Virus record (IMG/VR): IMGVR_UViG_3300033153_008203
Coordinates: 32,001-96,000 of that record
Reading direction: 5' to 3' (one strand)
DNA from: a virus
Length of the DNA stretch: 64,000 bases
Below are positions 34,562 through 44,673 of the stretch, piece by piece. The notes below the pieces were generated by a model. It was given only the letters and a program-made list of their open reading frames with translations. It did no database searches and was not told where the DNA came from. Within the stretch, counting starts at the first letter, position 1, and the number at the start of each line of letters is the position of its first letter. Both the position numbers and the translations under genes were made by a program.

Positions 34562-36589
34562 TTAATTTCCAACTTTAATTCTGTATCCTGTGAATATAGG
34601 ACTTACGTCTTGATTTTCTGTTTTTAATATTACCTTAAGCCTTATAGAATCTACGCTACTCGAAATCATTCTACTAGTAATATAAAAGGATTCGTCTTGA
34701 AAATCGGATACATTATTGTCATATTTCACAAAAAACTTAAGGATATTACTATTATTTATAATAGAATATCTTGTATAATCATCGCTTAAAACGTTATAGT
34801 TAAAATCAAATAACGTTGAATACTTCATCATGTACGATGCGTACAAATCAACTCCTGAATACACCTCTGTTCCTGAGTATGATGTTGCTCCTGCATAGTC
34901 AAAGCTCTCTATTATTAGCTTATGATTATACGGATAAAGCGTGTCCACTTGTGTGAAGTCTTCTTCTGTTTCAGGATCAAATGCGCTAGGAAGAATCTTC
35001 CAATTCGATTTATGAGTTTTAAATTTATGGGCGCCACCACCTATAAATACTGTTCCTGTTACTCTCTGTGCGTCAAGTTCTGCAACGGTATCGCCAAGCT
35101 CTATGTATATGCCGGCCTCATTATCTATATTTATATATGTTGTATAGAACGTCTCATCAAATTGCCACCCACTTACTATACCTCTTGTAAGGACAGGGTC
35201 ATCATTTTGGCCTACATCTCTCCATATCTTTATATATTCATATGGAGACTCTTGAGTGCTAACATCAATAGTATAATCAAGTAGCCTATCATTATTGTTT
35301 TTATATGTATATTGCGTGCTAAGATCCAGCTTAACATCCGTTCCTGACTCTACATCAGAGCTACCACCAAGCTTAAGAATTTTCGGATAAGGAGAGCTGA
35401 CTTGATTCAAAGGAGATATCCCTGACCATGTTTGCATATCATCAGATGAGACTAGGTACTCTATCTCTGTTCCTTCTGGCAAAATCTCACATACCTCACA
35501 TGAGATAATGTTAAAATTCTTTTTCACTGGAGGAGTAACGTCAGTATCATATACAGATAGTTCTTCTGTTATAAGTTCTCCAGACATAGCAGAATAAGAT
35601 CTTGAAAAGAACGAGATATTTTTTGCTCCAAACTCATATACGTATGATGTCCCGTCCTCATAGTCGTGGCCATTCTTTGTCATTATAAACTTAATATATT
35701 TTGCATCTATAGACTGGAAATCAAAAAAACCTGTTGATATTACGCTTTGAGGATTGTTTATTGTCTCAACATTAAACCAGTTATAATCGTCTATTGAATA
35801 TTGTGCCTGTAAATCTATTGTTGAACTAGTATCAGATGAATGCGATACAAACTCTATCCTATTAATAGAGATTGGCTCATCTGATATCTTTACTTTAAGC
35901 TCAACGTCAACATGTTTGTCATATGTTCCCATGAACACTCTATGTTGCCATACGTTAGATGCATCTTTAAACGCATTTAACACAGACAATCCTGGCATAA
36001 CACTATAGCTTAACAGACTCTCTCTAGTTATAGGATTAAATACTACATCCTCAGCAAATAGAGAGTTCAGATTTACCATTTGTTTTGATATAGGATCAAC
36101 TGGTAATGCAACTGTATGATTGTCTAAATTTATTTCAACGGAACTATTGACGATATCTAGTGCATTGGCATCATCTAAATGATCCTCAAGCATATCAAAA
36201 TATCCAGCAGTATCTTTCTTTAAAAGAAGAAGAGAATTAAGGCTAGCCTTAAGCTGCTGTGTCTTTCTTGATAAGTCTATAAGCTTTAATTTCCATCTTT
36301 CAAAATTGCCAGCCCTTGTCTCTGCAATCATAAGAATAGCATCATATGCATCTTCTAGATCCATGTGTATCTGATCAATAGCAGTATTGTATGCAGATGA
36401 GCTAGACTCTGATCTTTCTTGGACTGTAGCACTCTCAAGATTAAAGTTCTTATCAGTTATACTAACCTCTTCTAATAGTATGGCTAATTCTTCCAACACT
36501 TCCGATGCACTGATATCAATCCCTTGCTGCAAGTTAGTCTTGATTATGTTCTCTAGGCTTTTATTTATTTTTATATCAATTAGTGACAT
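34562..36589 (-). CDS. Virion structural protein (helical N-terminus + discoidin/galactose-binding-like domain)
   Basis: Architecture shared with the 36597 and 39673 ORFs; AKYIKFIMTK, YEFGAKNI. Confidence 0.65.
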   Translation of the reverse strand: MSLIDIKINKSLENIIKTNLQQGIDISASEVLEELAILLEEVSITDKNFNLESATVQERSESSSSAYNTAIDQIHMDLEDAYDAILMIAETRAGNFERWKLKLIDLSRKTQQLKASLNSLLLLKKDTAGYFDMLEDHLDDANALDIVNSSVEINLDNHTVALPVDPISKQMVNLNSLFAEDVVFNPITRESLLSYSVMPGLSVLNAFKDASNVWQHRVFMGTYDKHVDVELKVKISDEPISINRIEFVSHSSDTSSTIDLQAQYSIDDYNWFNVETINNPQSVISTGFFDFQSIDAKYIKFIMTKNGHDYEDGTSYVYEFGAKNISFFSRSYSAMSGELITEELSVYDTDVTPPVKKNFNIISCEVCEILPEGTEIEYLVSSDDMQTWSGISPLNQVSSPYPKILKLGGSSDVESGTDVKLDLSTQYTYKNNNDRLLDYTIDVSTQESPYEYIKIWRDVGQNDDPVLTRGIVSGWQFDETFYTTYINIDNEAGIYIELGDTVAELDAQRVTGTVFIGGGAHKFKTHKSNWKILPSAFDPETEEDFTQVDTLYPYNHKLIIESFDYAGATSYSGTEVYSGVDLYASYMMKYSTLFDFNYNVLSDDYTRYSIINNSNILKFFVKYDNNVSDFQDESFYITSRMISSSVDSIRLKVILKTENQDVSPIFTGYRIKVGN

Positions 36590-36596
36590 ATAATTC

Positions 36597-39500
36597 CTAT
36601 ATAATATTGTCTTTATCTATTATTGAAATTGCATACCCATCTACATACGGAGTGTAGTATGGCTCTAGTTCCGCTAGAGAACCTTCTTCTTTATCTACGT
36701 AGTTATACAGAACTTTTAGTATGAACTTAAATGAAGTCTCTCTAGTCTTAGATATTGTTTCTATTACCTCGTTATCGCTAACTACTACAGAGTTTCGCTC
36801 TGCATCATAGTAATAGTTCTCGTCACTTATTATTCTAGAGATATTGTATGCTACCTCATAATTAGAAAACTCATAGTCTATAATAGTGCTCTGATATATG
36901 TCTTCGTATGAGTAAAGAATGCCATTTTTATAGTCTACAGAATATTTCCCGCTCATATCAAATGTTGTTTCAGAGTAATAGTATGACACTGTTATACTAT
37001 TAGGCACAATATCATAAACGTATACTTGAGCATTCTCATAATCTATAGAGTATTCTCCTGTTGCATCTGGTGTCTCAGGGTAGGTCAACTCTTTTGTCGG
37101 ATCAAAAATAGCATGATTCGAAAAAAATGGCCTAGGATCAGAAGACAATTCAATACCGGTAGTAGAGAAAGCTTTAAACTGAAAATTCGAATTGAGACTA
37201 CCGCTACTAGGGACATCTTCATCAGATGCTTGTATTAAATTAGTAAGCTCAGCTATTCCATCTACATACGCTACTTCAGTAGTCAGTTTTCCGTTAGGAT
37301 TATTGACTTCATGAATCTCTTCTTTAATGGCTATGCTACCTGGCTCAACATAGCTGTTAGCCAACTGTACCGTCTTAACATCTTGATCAATAGTTTCACC
37401 TGAAACTAGCGCAGTCGTATACGAGTCAGTAGCAATCTGTATCTGGTTTTTAAGTCCAGCACCATCAACAGAAGAATAGAATTCCCACTCATTATTGTCA
37501 AGCTTCGTTCTTGGCGTATACAAATATGAAATACTTGATGACGCAACATCATCAGCAGGCTTATGTGAATACATTATACCATCTCTATAGTTTATAGAGT
37601 AGTCCCCTTGATCTACTATTTCTGACTGACCATCAATATATGTCTTCTTTGTCTGGAATGTCGTAGAAGATTCATCTATAAACTCAAACGCTGAATCAAC
37701 AGTTATATTATTGTTCTTAAGCCTGTGTATTGTGGCTCCTTTTTTTAATAACTCTCCGCTAACACTTTTTTCTTCGCCTATCTTGTATATAGCGAAGTTC
37801 GCTTTGTCTGCATCAGCATCAAAATTTATTTTAGATATCCTGTCCTTCTCTATCCATATTCTTTCTGGCTTAAAATTTATTTCTATTCTGCTACCGGATA
37901 TAGGAACTGCGCCTTTTGTGCCATCGCCAAACCTAAGCAGGCCTAACTCGTAGTCTATTGTATAGTCTGTATCAGTACTAGTAGAAGATTCAAAGTCTGC
38001 TTCCCTATTCCAAATGCTTCCTCCAACCCATATCTGCTCAGTATTTCTTTCAAAGTTGCTCCATGGTAAAGAGAATTGCTGAGACGCCTCACCTGATGAT
38101 ACTCCTATCGTCTTCTTTCTTGAGTCGTTTCCAACAGAACCATATATAGGGTCTAACACCAATATTGCACTTGGTATTGGAGACTCTGAAAGCGTCATTA
38201 ATAGTGGAGCCTTATCTGATACATTGAATGTCTCTGCAAGCTCTTTAGTTGTGCTAGACAAAACAGAAGACACTGATGAGAACTCCTTATCATTTCTCTT
38301 CAAATTAATCTTATATCTTATAAAGTCTACAGGTGCACTAGTATTAATAGAGTCTTCATCTACTGTATTGAAGTTCAGTATTTCAGATTTTCCAGCCACC
38401 TGTATATTTCTTGGCTGTATCTCATGCCATGTAATTCCGTCATCTGGAGATATAAAGTGAGTCACAGTTGCAAGCGCTGCCTCTTTTTCTTTGACTTCAC
38501 TAGATTGTAATGACACTTTTTTTATCTCGCTTGGAGCATAGAATCTTTTTGAAACTATTTCACTCTCTTTCTCATATGTGCTACTGTATATCTCTATGTC
38601 CTTTATTCCTATCGCATATCTTATCTTTGTGCCAGAAGAAGTTTCTATAGGATAATAGTCGTACTGTCTAAGCACGATATGCAAGTACTTTATACTTCTT
38701 GGAAAGAACGAGAATACACCTTTACCCTTGTGCTTAGAAGACTTAGAAGACAACTCAAACTCATCTTCCTTTTTTTCATGAAGAAAATCTAACGCAAACT
38801 TTGATGTCTCTATTGCTGTCCAAGTTGAACCATCAATAGATGTTTCTATAACCTCTATCTTAACAGGATTTTTTGTACCAAAATTATTTGGATCTATTAT
38901 GATATTATTTACTGCGCTTATTTCTTCTAGCTCAAGAACTATGTCTAATGTTACAGGCTCATTACGAGGAGTACTTTCATTAGTGACTGCCTCATATTCA
39001 AACCAGGTATCAGGATTAGAGTCTAATATCTTGTTTATATTGTCATTTGTATTAGCATCAATCTGATGATTGTTTCCAGGAGTCCCATTGCTTGCCTCAT
39101 TTATCATTACCTTAGAGACTCGTCTGATAGGAGAGTCTTCATTATTCTTTGCTAATGTTATAGCTCCTGCAGAACCATTTAGACTTGCTTTAGTCGCATT
39201 CAAAAACGATATATCGCTTTCTATTTTTGACACATCATTGAAACTGTCAGCATAATATGTTATTCCTGCTGCCACACTATCGGTATATATACCGTAATCC
39301 AGTAGCATTGAATTGATTTGCCTTGCCTCTTTAGCTATTCTATCAGACTCTGACACAATATAATTGAATGACGACACTATGCTTTGCTCAAGATCATCTA
39401 CGCTTTCAAACAAGATCTCAAGGTTAGCAAGAATATTTGTTAGGTTCTCATTGTAAAGATCTACATCTGGTAGTGCTCCTGCAAGAACATGTTTCTTTTT

Positions 39501-39683
39501 GCCTATAGGCCTGCCTAAACTTTTGTTAAATTCAGACAACATTGATGATGCATCTAATAGCGCATCTTCTACAGAAAAGAATTTTCCGGATTGCTGGGCA
39601 TTATTTATCCTATCTGACACAGTATTTAACTGTATATCAAATAATTTTGATGGCTGTATTCTTGTATCTTTATTAAGCTCCAT
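36597..39683 (-). CDS. Large baseplate-associated virion protein
   Basis: ILDSNPDTWFE discoidin-like domain, LRFGDGTKGAVP, repeated YSIDY..G modules. Confidence 0.7.
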   Translation of the reverse strand: MELNKDTRIQPSKLFDIQLNTVSDRINNAQQSGKFFSVEDALLDASSMLSEFNKSLGRPIGKKKHVLAGALPDVDLYNENLTNILANLEILFESVDDLEQSIVSSFNYIVSESDRIAKEARQINSMLLDYGIYTDSVAAGITYYADSFNDVSKIESDISFLNATKASLNGSAGAITLAKNNEDSPIRRVSKVMINEASNGTPGNNHQIDANTNDNINKILDSNPDTWFEYEAVTNESTPRNEPVTLDIVLELEEISAVNNIIIDPNNFGTKNPVKIEVIETSIDGSTWTAIETSKFALDFLHEKKEDEFELSSKSSKHKGKGVFSFFPRSIKYLHIVLRQYDYYPIETSSGTKIRYAIGIKDIEIYSSTYEKESEIVSKRFYAPSEIKKVSLQSSEVKEKEAALATVTHFISPDDGITWHEIQPRNIQVAGKSEILNFNTVDEDSINTSAPVDFIRYKINLKRNDKEFSSVSSVLSSTTKELAETFNVSDKAPLLMTLSESPIPSAILVLDPIYGSVGNDSRKKTIGVSSGEASQQFSLPWSNFERNTEQIWVGGSIWNREADFESSTSTDTDYTIDYELGLLRFGDGTKGAVPISGSRIEINFKPERIWIEKDRISKINFDADADKANFAIYKIGEEKSVSGELLKKGATIHRLKNNNITVDSAFEFIDESSTTFQTKKTYIDGQSEIVDQGDYSINYRDGIMYSHKPADDVASSSISYLYTPRTKLDNNEWEFYSSVDGAGLKNQIQIATDSYTTALVSGETIDQDVKTVQLANSYVEPGSIAIKEEIHEVNNPNGKLTTEVAYVDGIAELTNLIQASDEDVPSSGSLNSNFQFKAFSTTGIELSSDPRPFFSNHAIFDPTKELTYPETPDATGEYSIDYENAQVYVYDIVPNSITVSYYYSETTFDMSGKYSVDYKNGILYSYEDIYQSTIIDYEFSNYEVAYNISRIISDENYYYDAERNSVVVSDNEVIETISKTRETSFKFILKVLYNYVDKEEGSLAELEPYYTPYVDGYAISIIDKDNII

Positions 39684-41589
39684 TTGCAAACCTCGTCTCA
39701 TCTTTTAATGCAACAAGCATCTTATACTCATCTACAGATGGTGTCACATTTGAATCAAGAACATTTCTTCTCATTAGCGCTACAAGATAGATCTCTGATC
39801 TGGCTACAGAAAAAGCTGGCCTATCTAAAGTAAACTCTATCATATTATTATTATCCATAAAGATAGTTGCCGCGCTATTAATATATATCTCTCTTTTTGG
39901 CTCATACGATATAGTATATGTTGCAGAAACATCAAACACTACACCATTAGGAGGGTAGTGCAAAAACGTTATCTTAGTACCGTTCTCATTAATCTCATAT
40001 ATATCAGATACTGATGCATCCTCTCCTTCTACTCTTCCAGTTAAAGCTGTTTGATTCTCACTAAAATACACTAAGACTGAAGCTGTCTTTGCACGAAATC
40101 TCAAGATTGCTTCTCTGGATTCCTTATTAATAACCAGATATTCTTTTCTGATTGTAGAAGTTGTATTCGGCAATATATTAAACGTTTCTGTATCTATGAG
40201 AATGTCCGATGAATCATAGTTTTGTTTTCTAATAGAATACTCTACGCTTCCTTTAGGCAATATCGATGTGCCTGAATCTATGTATGTATACTCTTCGTTT
40301 GTATCTAGTGCCATAAGCACCGGTGTATCAACCTTCAAAGGCTTAGATACATATATCCCAGTATCAGTATACATTGCATTTCCAATTCTAATATTATCTA
40401 GGCCTATAATATAGGCGTATCCAGACACTTGAACTTGCTCGGCTTCGCCAGGTATATTAAGCAACTCTATAATTGGTTGATTTGGATCTTGATTATATAG
40501 AGCAGATGACAATGTTGTAACATCTATCTCAGCATCTCTAACCTTAACATCATACAGTGTTGATGCATCACTTGTGTAATATGTTGTTTCTACATGTGTT
40601 TTTTGAAGCAACCCGATTATAATTTTTCTAGCTGTGATCTTAGAAAAAGATATTCTTTTGTGCTCGTCAATAAGTATAGGATCAGATGTTCCGCTGATTT
40701 CAACTAGCTCATCATTGCTATTTATATAGGAGATGTAGCTAATATAGAAATCGTTGTACAGGATCGGATCTAGCTCTATGTGTGATACCTCTCTTAATCC
40801 ATCCATCGTAACTGTTAATTCAACGCTTGCTCCTTCCGGTATGACTTTGTCTGCCATTATGGATGTTGCCCAATATGTTTCTGTCTCGTTGTCTGAAACA
40901 TTGCTTAACTTAAACTCAGGAAAATCAACGTTAAAATATTGCGCATCTGAATTTGTCGTATACTCTATGTCTACATTGGTTATCACATAGTTTTCAGATC
41001 TCTCATATGGTAGAGTCATTGCTTTTGATATTACGTCCACTGCAGCATCATAGTTTTGACCAAGAACAGTCTTAGACCTTCTCTCGTAAAAAAGCTCTGC
41101 TGCGACTTTGCCTTCTGATCTTGCTAGTCTAAGCTCATCCTGGTTAGAGAAATCATTGTACTGAACCACAGAAAATCCTAGACCACTGTTAGCAAGAACC
41201 TCATTCTTTCTTATGTCAACTGTAAGTGATCTTATTGACAAGTCGATATCTTTTATTAGCTTGTCTCTTATTATTGCTCTATGGGCATTTGCTGTATCTG
41301 CTATCAAAGATATTTCATTAAGCAACGTATCTATGTCATCAGAGAATCTATCAAGCATGAAATTAAAAGATTCTGAATCTATTGTCTCTCCCTTGTCTCC
41401 AAGGAATAGCTTTGAAATCGGAATAGGCTTTCCTTGTGACAGTATAGTTGTTAGCTCTTGCAGCTTAGCCCTATACTCTTCAACAGTCTTGATAGCGCCA
41501 CTATTACGTAACTCATTAAGCACAGACATTATCTGCTTGCCTTGTATTGCTGGGATACTCTGTATAAAACTATCTAGATATTTTGACAT
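39673..41589 (-). CDS. Virion structural protein (paralogous architecture)
   Basis: Helical N-terminus, VSDNETETYW domain, C-terminal TPSVDEY. Confidence 0.65.
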   Translation of the reverse strand: MSKYLDSFIQSIPAIQGKQIMSVLNELRNSGAIKTVEEYRAKLQELTTILSQGKPIPISKLFLGDKGETIDSESFNFMLDRFSDDIDTLLNEISLIADTANAHRAIIRDKLIKDIDLSIRSLTVDIRKNEVLANSGLGFSVVQYNDFSNQDELRLARSEGKVAAELFYERRSKTVLGQNYDAAVDVISKAMTLPYERSENYVITNVDIEYTTNSDAQYFNVDFPEFKLSNVSDNETETYWATSIMADKVIPEGASVELTVTMDGLREVSHIELDPILYNDFYISYISYINSNDELVEISGTSDPILIDEHKRISFSKITARKIIIGLLQKTHVETTYYTSDASTLYDVKVRDAEIDVTTLSSALYNQDPNQPIIELLNIPGEAEQVQVSGYAYIIGLDNIRIGNAMYTDTGIYVSKPLKVDTPVLMALDTNEEYTYIDSGTSILPKGSVEYSIRKQNYDSSDILIDTETFNILPNTTSTIRKEYLVINKESREAILRFRAKTASVLVYFSENQTALTGRVEGEDASVSDIYEINENGTKITFLHYPPNGVVFDVSATYTISYEPKREIYINSAATIFMDNNNMIEFTLDRPAFSVARSEIYLVALMRRNVLDSNVTPSVDEYKMLVALKDETRFANGA

Positions 41590-41592
41590 AAT

Positions 41593-42537
41593 TTATATCT
41601 TATATGTTAGTGCTGTTGCAAACTGCCTAGTATATGCAGACAAGTCTGTGTACGTTAGTTCAGATGGAGCTACTATTTTAAATTTAACGGAAATAGATTG
41701 GTTTATAAGCATCTCTCCATTAAGTTGATCTGGCTCATGGCCTCCAACTACAGAGTCAATTGTTACTGGTATTGCATGTGTCTTATCACTGCCTTGAAGA
41801 CTTTTAAACTTTGTCCATGCAGACCTAGTTGACACAGATGAAATAATTGCTGTATTTTCTTCGTCATCAGAAACAGTATCTGCCGGCAAAAACTCTCCAG
41901 TTGGATCACTAACTATTATACTATTGTCTTCAACTTTTACTATGATTGACACTGCATAGCTTGGAGAACCTATAATGGTTGATCCTTCAGAAAATGCAGA
42001 CGCATCATCAACAGCCAAAACAGTATACTCGTCTGAAAATACTCCAAGATAATTCTGGTTTACGTAGACTCCTGCATCAGTTACGGATGACACTACAGCT
42101 GTGCCTGTGCCACCATTAGATACTGTCTCACCATCTTGAAAGGTTCCAGAAATTACAGTAACACATAGTGTTACATCGTCTGTGTCTATTGCAGATAGAG
42201 TTGCTGTTGCTCCAGAGGTTACTCCAGTTACCGTGTCATCAATGTTAAAATTAGCGATAATATTAACATGCAAAGATACGATAGAATCACTTCCCCATTC
42301 TAAAAGTTCTGCTAAATCTTTTTCTCTTGTAGATCCGCCAGTATACGAAGAATCATACTTTGCCGTATAAAAACCTACATTATATATCTTAGATGTGTTT
42401 GTATGCCTGATAAACAGTTGCGTCTCTAAAGACTCTGCTGTAGGACTTATGCCTTCACCAGCTACTTCCTCGTATACCACATCATCAGAAATCTGATATC
42501 CATTATGTGTATCCGACCATATAATTTCTACTGCCAT
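41593..42537 (-). CDS. Virion protein with F..G.TV.G..SGATA repeats
   Basis: Four copies: FNIDDTVTG, FQDGETVS, FSEGSTIIG, FLPADTVS. Confidence 0.6.
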   Translation of the reverse strand: MAVEIIWSDTHNGYQISDDVVYEEVAGEGISPTAESLETQLFIRHTNTSKIYNVGFYTAKYDSSYTGGSTREKDLAELLEWGSDSIVSLHVNIIANFNIDDTVTGVTSGATATLSAIDTDDVTLCVTVISGTFQDGETVSNGGTGTAVVSSVTDAGVYVNQNYLGVFSDEYTVLAVDDASAFSEGSTIIGSPSYAVSIIVKVEDNSIIVSDPTGEFLPADTVSDDEENTAIISSVSTRSAWTKFKSLQGSDKTHAIPVTIDSVVGGHEPDQLNGEMLINQSISVKFKIVAPSELTYTDLSAYTRQFATALTYKI

Positions 42538-42546
42538 ACTATCTCC

Positions 42547-44652
42547 TTATGCAAATGGAATTGCGCTCCACGTTTCTGATTTAGGATATGCCACACTACC
42601 ATTTGTCGCTGTGACATAAACATAATAAGTTCTATTGTTTATAAGAGAATCTACAGTATAACTCTCTGCTGAGATAGGACTAACATTGTGCTTAGTAAAT
42701 GTGCCGTTACGTGAGCTACCAACATATACATCATATGTATAGCTTGCTCCTAAATCACTCCACGATAAGTCTATAACCGTATCTCCTGGTATAAATGATA
42801 ACACATCTACCACATTTCCATAGTACCTCACAGCGACATATGTTCCTAGAGCTACATGTCTTTCTGCTATTTTTTGAACTTCTTCTTTTTCAAATGCTCC
42901 ACCATAATCAGTTAGTATTGTATGTGGCAGCTTTACAAGAACCATTGAACTAGTGTTGTGAGGTTGTCCATCCCAATGTCCAATGTCCTCAAACCATTTT
43001 ATCTCTGGATGATCTTCAGCAGCGTGCTCTATATCGTAATCTTCTCTCAATCCTCCGCCTTTCAATCTAATATCTACAGAAGAGAGATCGTCATTTTTAT
43101 ATGCATCTGTCGTACTTACTTCTCCAAGAAGAAGATAATGCGTAGATTGAGTGTCTTCTCCAGCAGTAGTGTATCTCTCTATGAAGTTATCAGTTCCTTT
43201 ATCATAGTCTAATATTCCTTCTATGGATGTAGCAAGATCTATGTTCCCGTCTCCACCTCTTTGGCTGCAATAAACTATTTTTCCAATATCATCTACCTTA
43301 ACGTAATACAGCGCTCTTTCTCTATCTGGATTTGTAGGACCCTCTGGAATAATATAAAACATATACTTATAGTCAGAAGAGCCAAAGTTGCTAATCGGAT
43401 TAATATTTAAACTAGTCATTGCATAACTGTCTTCTGTATAGTAATATGTAGCTATTACTTTGTAACTAAACTTAAGCTGAGCGTTTAGTTTTATAAAGCC
43501 GCCCTTCTCATCAAAGCTATGTATAAGAGCATTGTCCCACTCTACATTATGCGCACCTTCAGAGTCCATAAATTGGGCCCCATCTTTTGATGCTATGGTT
43601 GACGTAGCATAGATTATATTATCATTTTCATCTTTTACTACTATGTCTACGTGTAGACTTTCACCTGAATGTATCCTTAAATTATTATCTGGCGTCTTAA
43701 TTACTCCACCTACAAGTATGTCGCACTCTTGCTCTGCTACGAATCTATATGGCTCATAAGGACTGAACAACTGATCAGAAAACTCTGGAACATTATACCT
43801 ATATAAGGTTCCGCCTATGTTTTTTATGAAGTCTCCATTTGCTGCTCTTACAAACCATATTCTATCTAATGCTTCAGCCTTCGGATACAATAAACTAATC
43901 GCTGATCCAGATTCATACTTTATAGCATAGCTTGCAGTTCCTGGTAGCGTTAAAGAGTATCCGCCGGTTGTGTCGTAGTTTAGTATGTATTTTTTTACAC
44001 CTGGTTTTAGGTTTCCAAAAGTATCTATATCATCAAACCCAGCTTCACTATATATCTCTTCTGAATTAAGCATTACGTCAACACTTGTAGAGTCGTCTAG
44101 AATATATCTAGCATAGTATAACTCTAGCTCACCTGACACTTCATCATACGTATTCCTTAAGTTAGTATATAAAGAGTCTAAGCTTAGGTCTTTTGAAAAT
44201 AAATTAGCATTTACCGGGACATAATTCTTGTCTAAAATATCACAGTCAACTACTTCTGAACCGTTATATGACCCTGGAACCTTGTGTACAAAGTACAACG
44301 GTTCTGCTGGCTTTGTTGGGTTAGAGTCAGTAAAAATATCAGAGACAAGAAACATCGTAGATATAATGTCGTCATATGTTGGACCTGAAAACACGATGTT
44401 TAATGTTGATATTGATCTTGATAAAGAGTTCTCGCTCATAAGATAGCTCTTATCTATAATAGATATATTATCTGCGATATCTTTTGCAGGTATATACAAG
44501 TACGATATCGGTATATCTGAGCCATCAATATTATTACTGACCCTTATATCAGATATATCTTTCCTTATGAGTTGACGAGTATCTATATCGTCAATCCTTT
44601 CTATTCCAGAGATATCAAATGAACTATTAAGTGTAGATATATTTATATGCAT
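42547..44652 (-). CDS. Baseplate-associated protein with C-terminal fibronectin type III domain
   Basis: DIRLKGGGL, GHWDG; FN3 IDLSW...YDVY...L.N.RTYYVYVTATN. Confidence 0.7.
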   Translation of the reverse strand: MHINISTLNSSFDISGIERIDDIDTRQLIRKDISDIRVSNNIDGSDIPISYLYIPAKDIADNISIIDKSYLMSENSLSRSISTLNIVFSGPTYDDIISTMFLVSDIFTDSNPTKPAEPLYFVHKVPGSYNGSEVVDCDILDKNYVPVNANLFSKDLSLDSLYTNLRNTYDEVSGELELYYARYILDDSTSVDVMLNSEEIYSEAGFDDIDTFGNLKPGVKKYILNYDTTGGYSLTLPGTASYAIKYESGSAISLLYPKAEALDRIWFVRAANGDFIKNIGGTLYRYNVPEFSDQLFSPYEPYRFVAEQECDILVGGVIKTPDNNLRIHSGESLHVDIVVKDENDNIIYATSTIASKDGAQFMDSEGAHNVEWDNALIHSFDEKGGFIKLNAQLKFSYKVIATYYYTEDSYAMTSLNINPISNFGSSDYKYMFYIIPEGPTNPDRERALYYVKVDDIGKIVYCSQRGGDGNIDLATSIEGILDYDKGTDNFIERYTTAGEDTQSTHYLLLGEVSTTDAYKNDDLSSVDIRLKGGGLREDYDIEHAAEDHPEIKWFEDIGHWDGQPHNTSSMVLVKLPHTILTDYGGAFEKEEVQKIAERHVALGTYVAVRYYGNVVDVLSFIPGDTVIDLSWSDLGASYTYDVYVGSSRNGTFTKHNVSPISAESYTVDSLINNRTYYVYVTATNGSVAYPKSETWSAIPFA

Positions 44653-44673
44653 TATATATGTTCCGTATTCTTA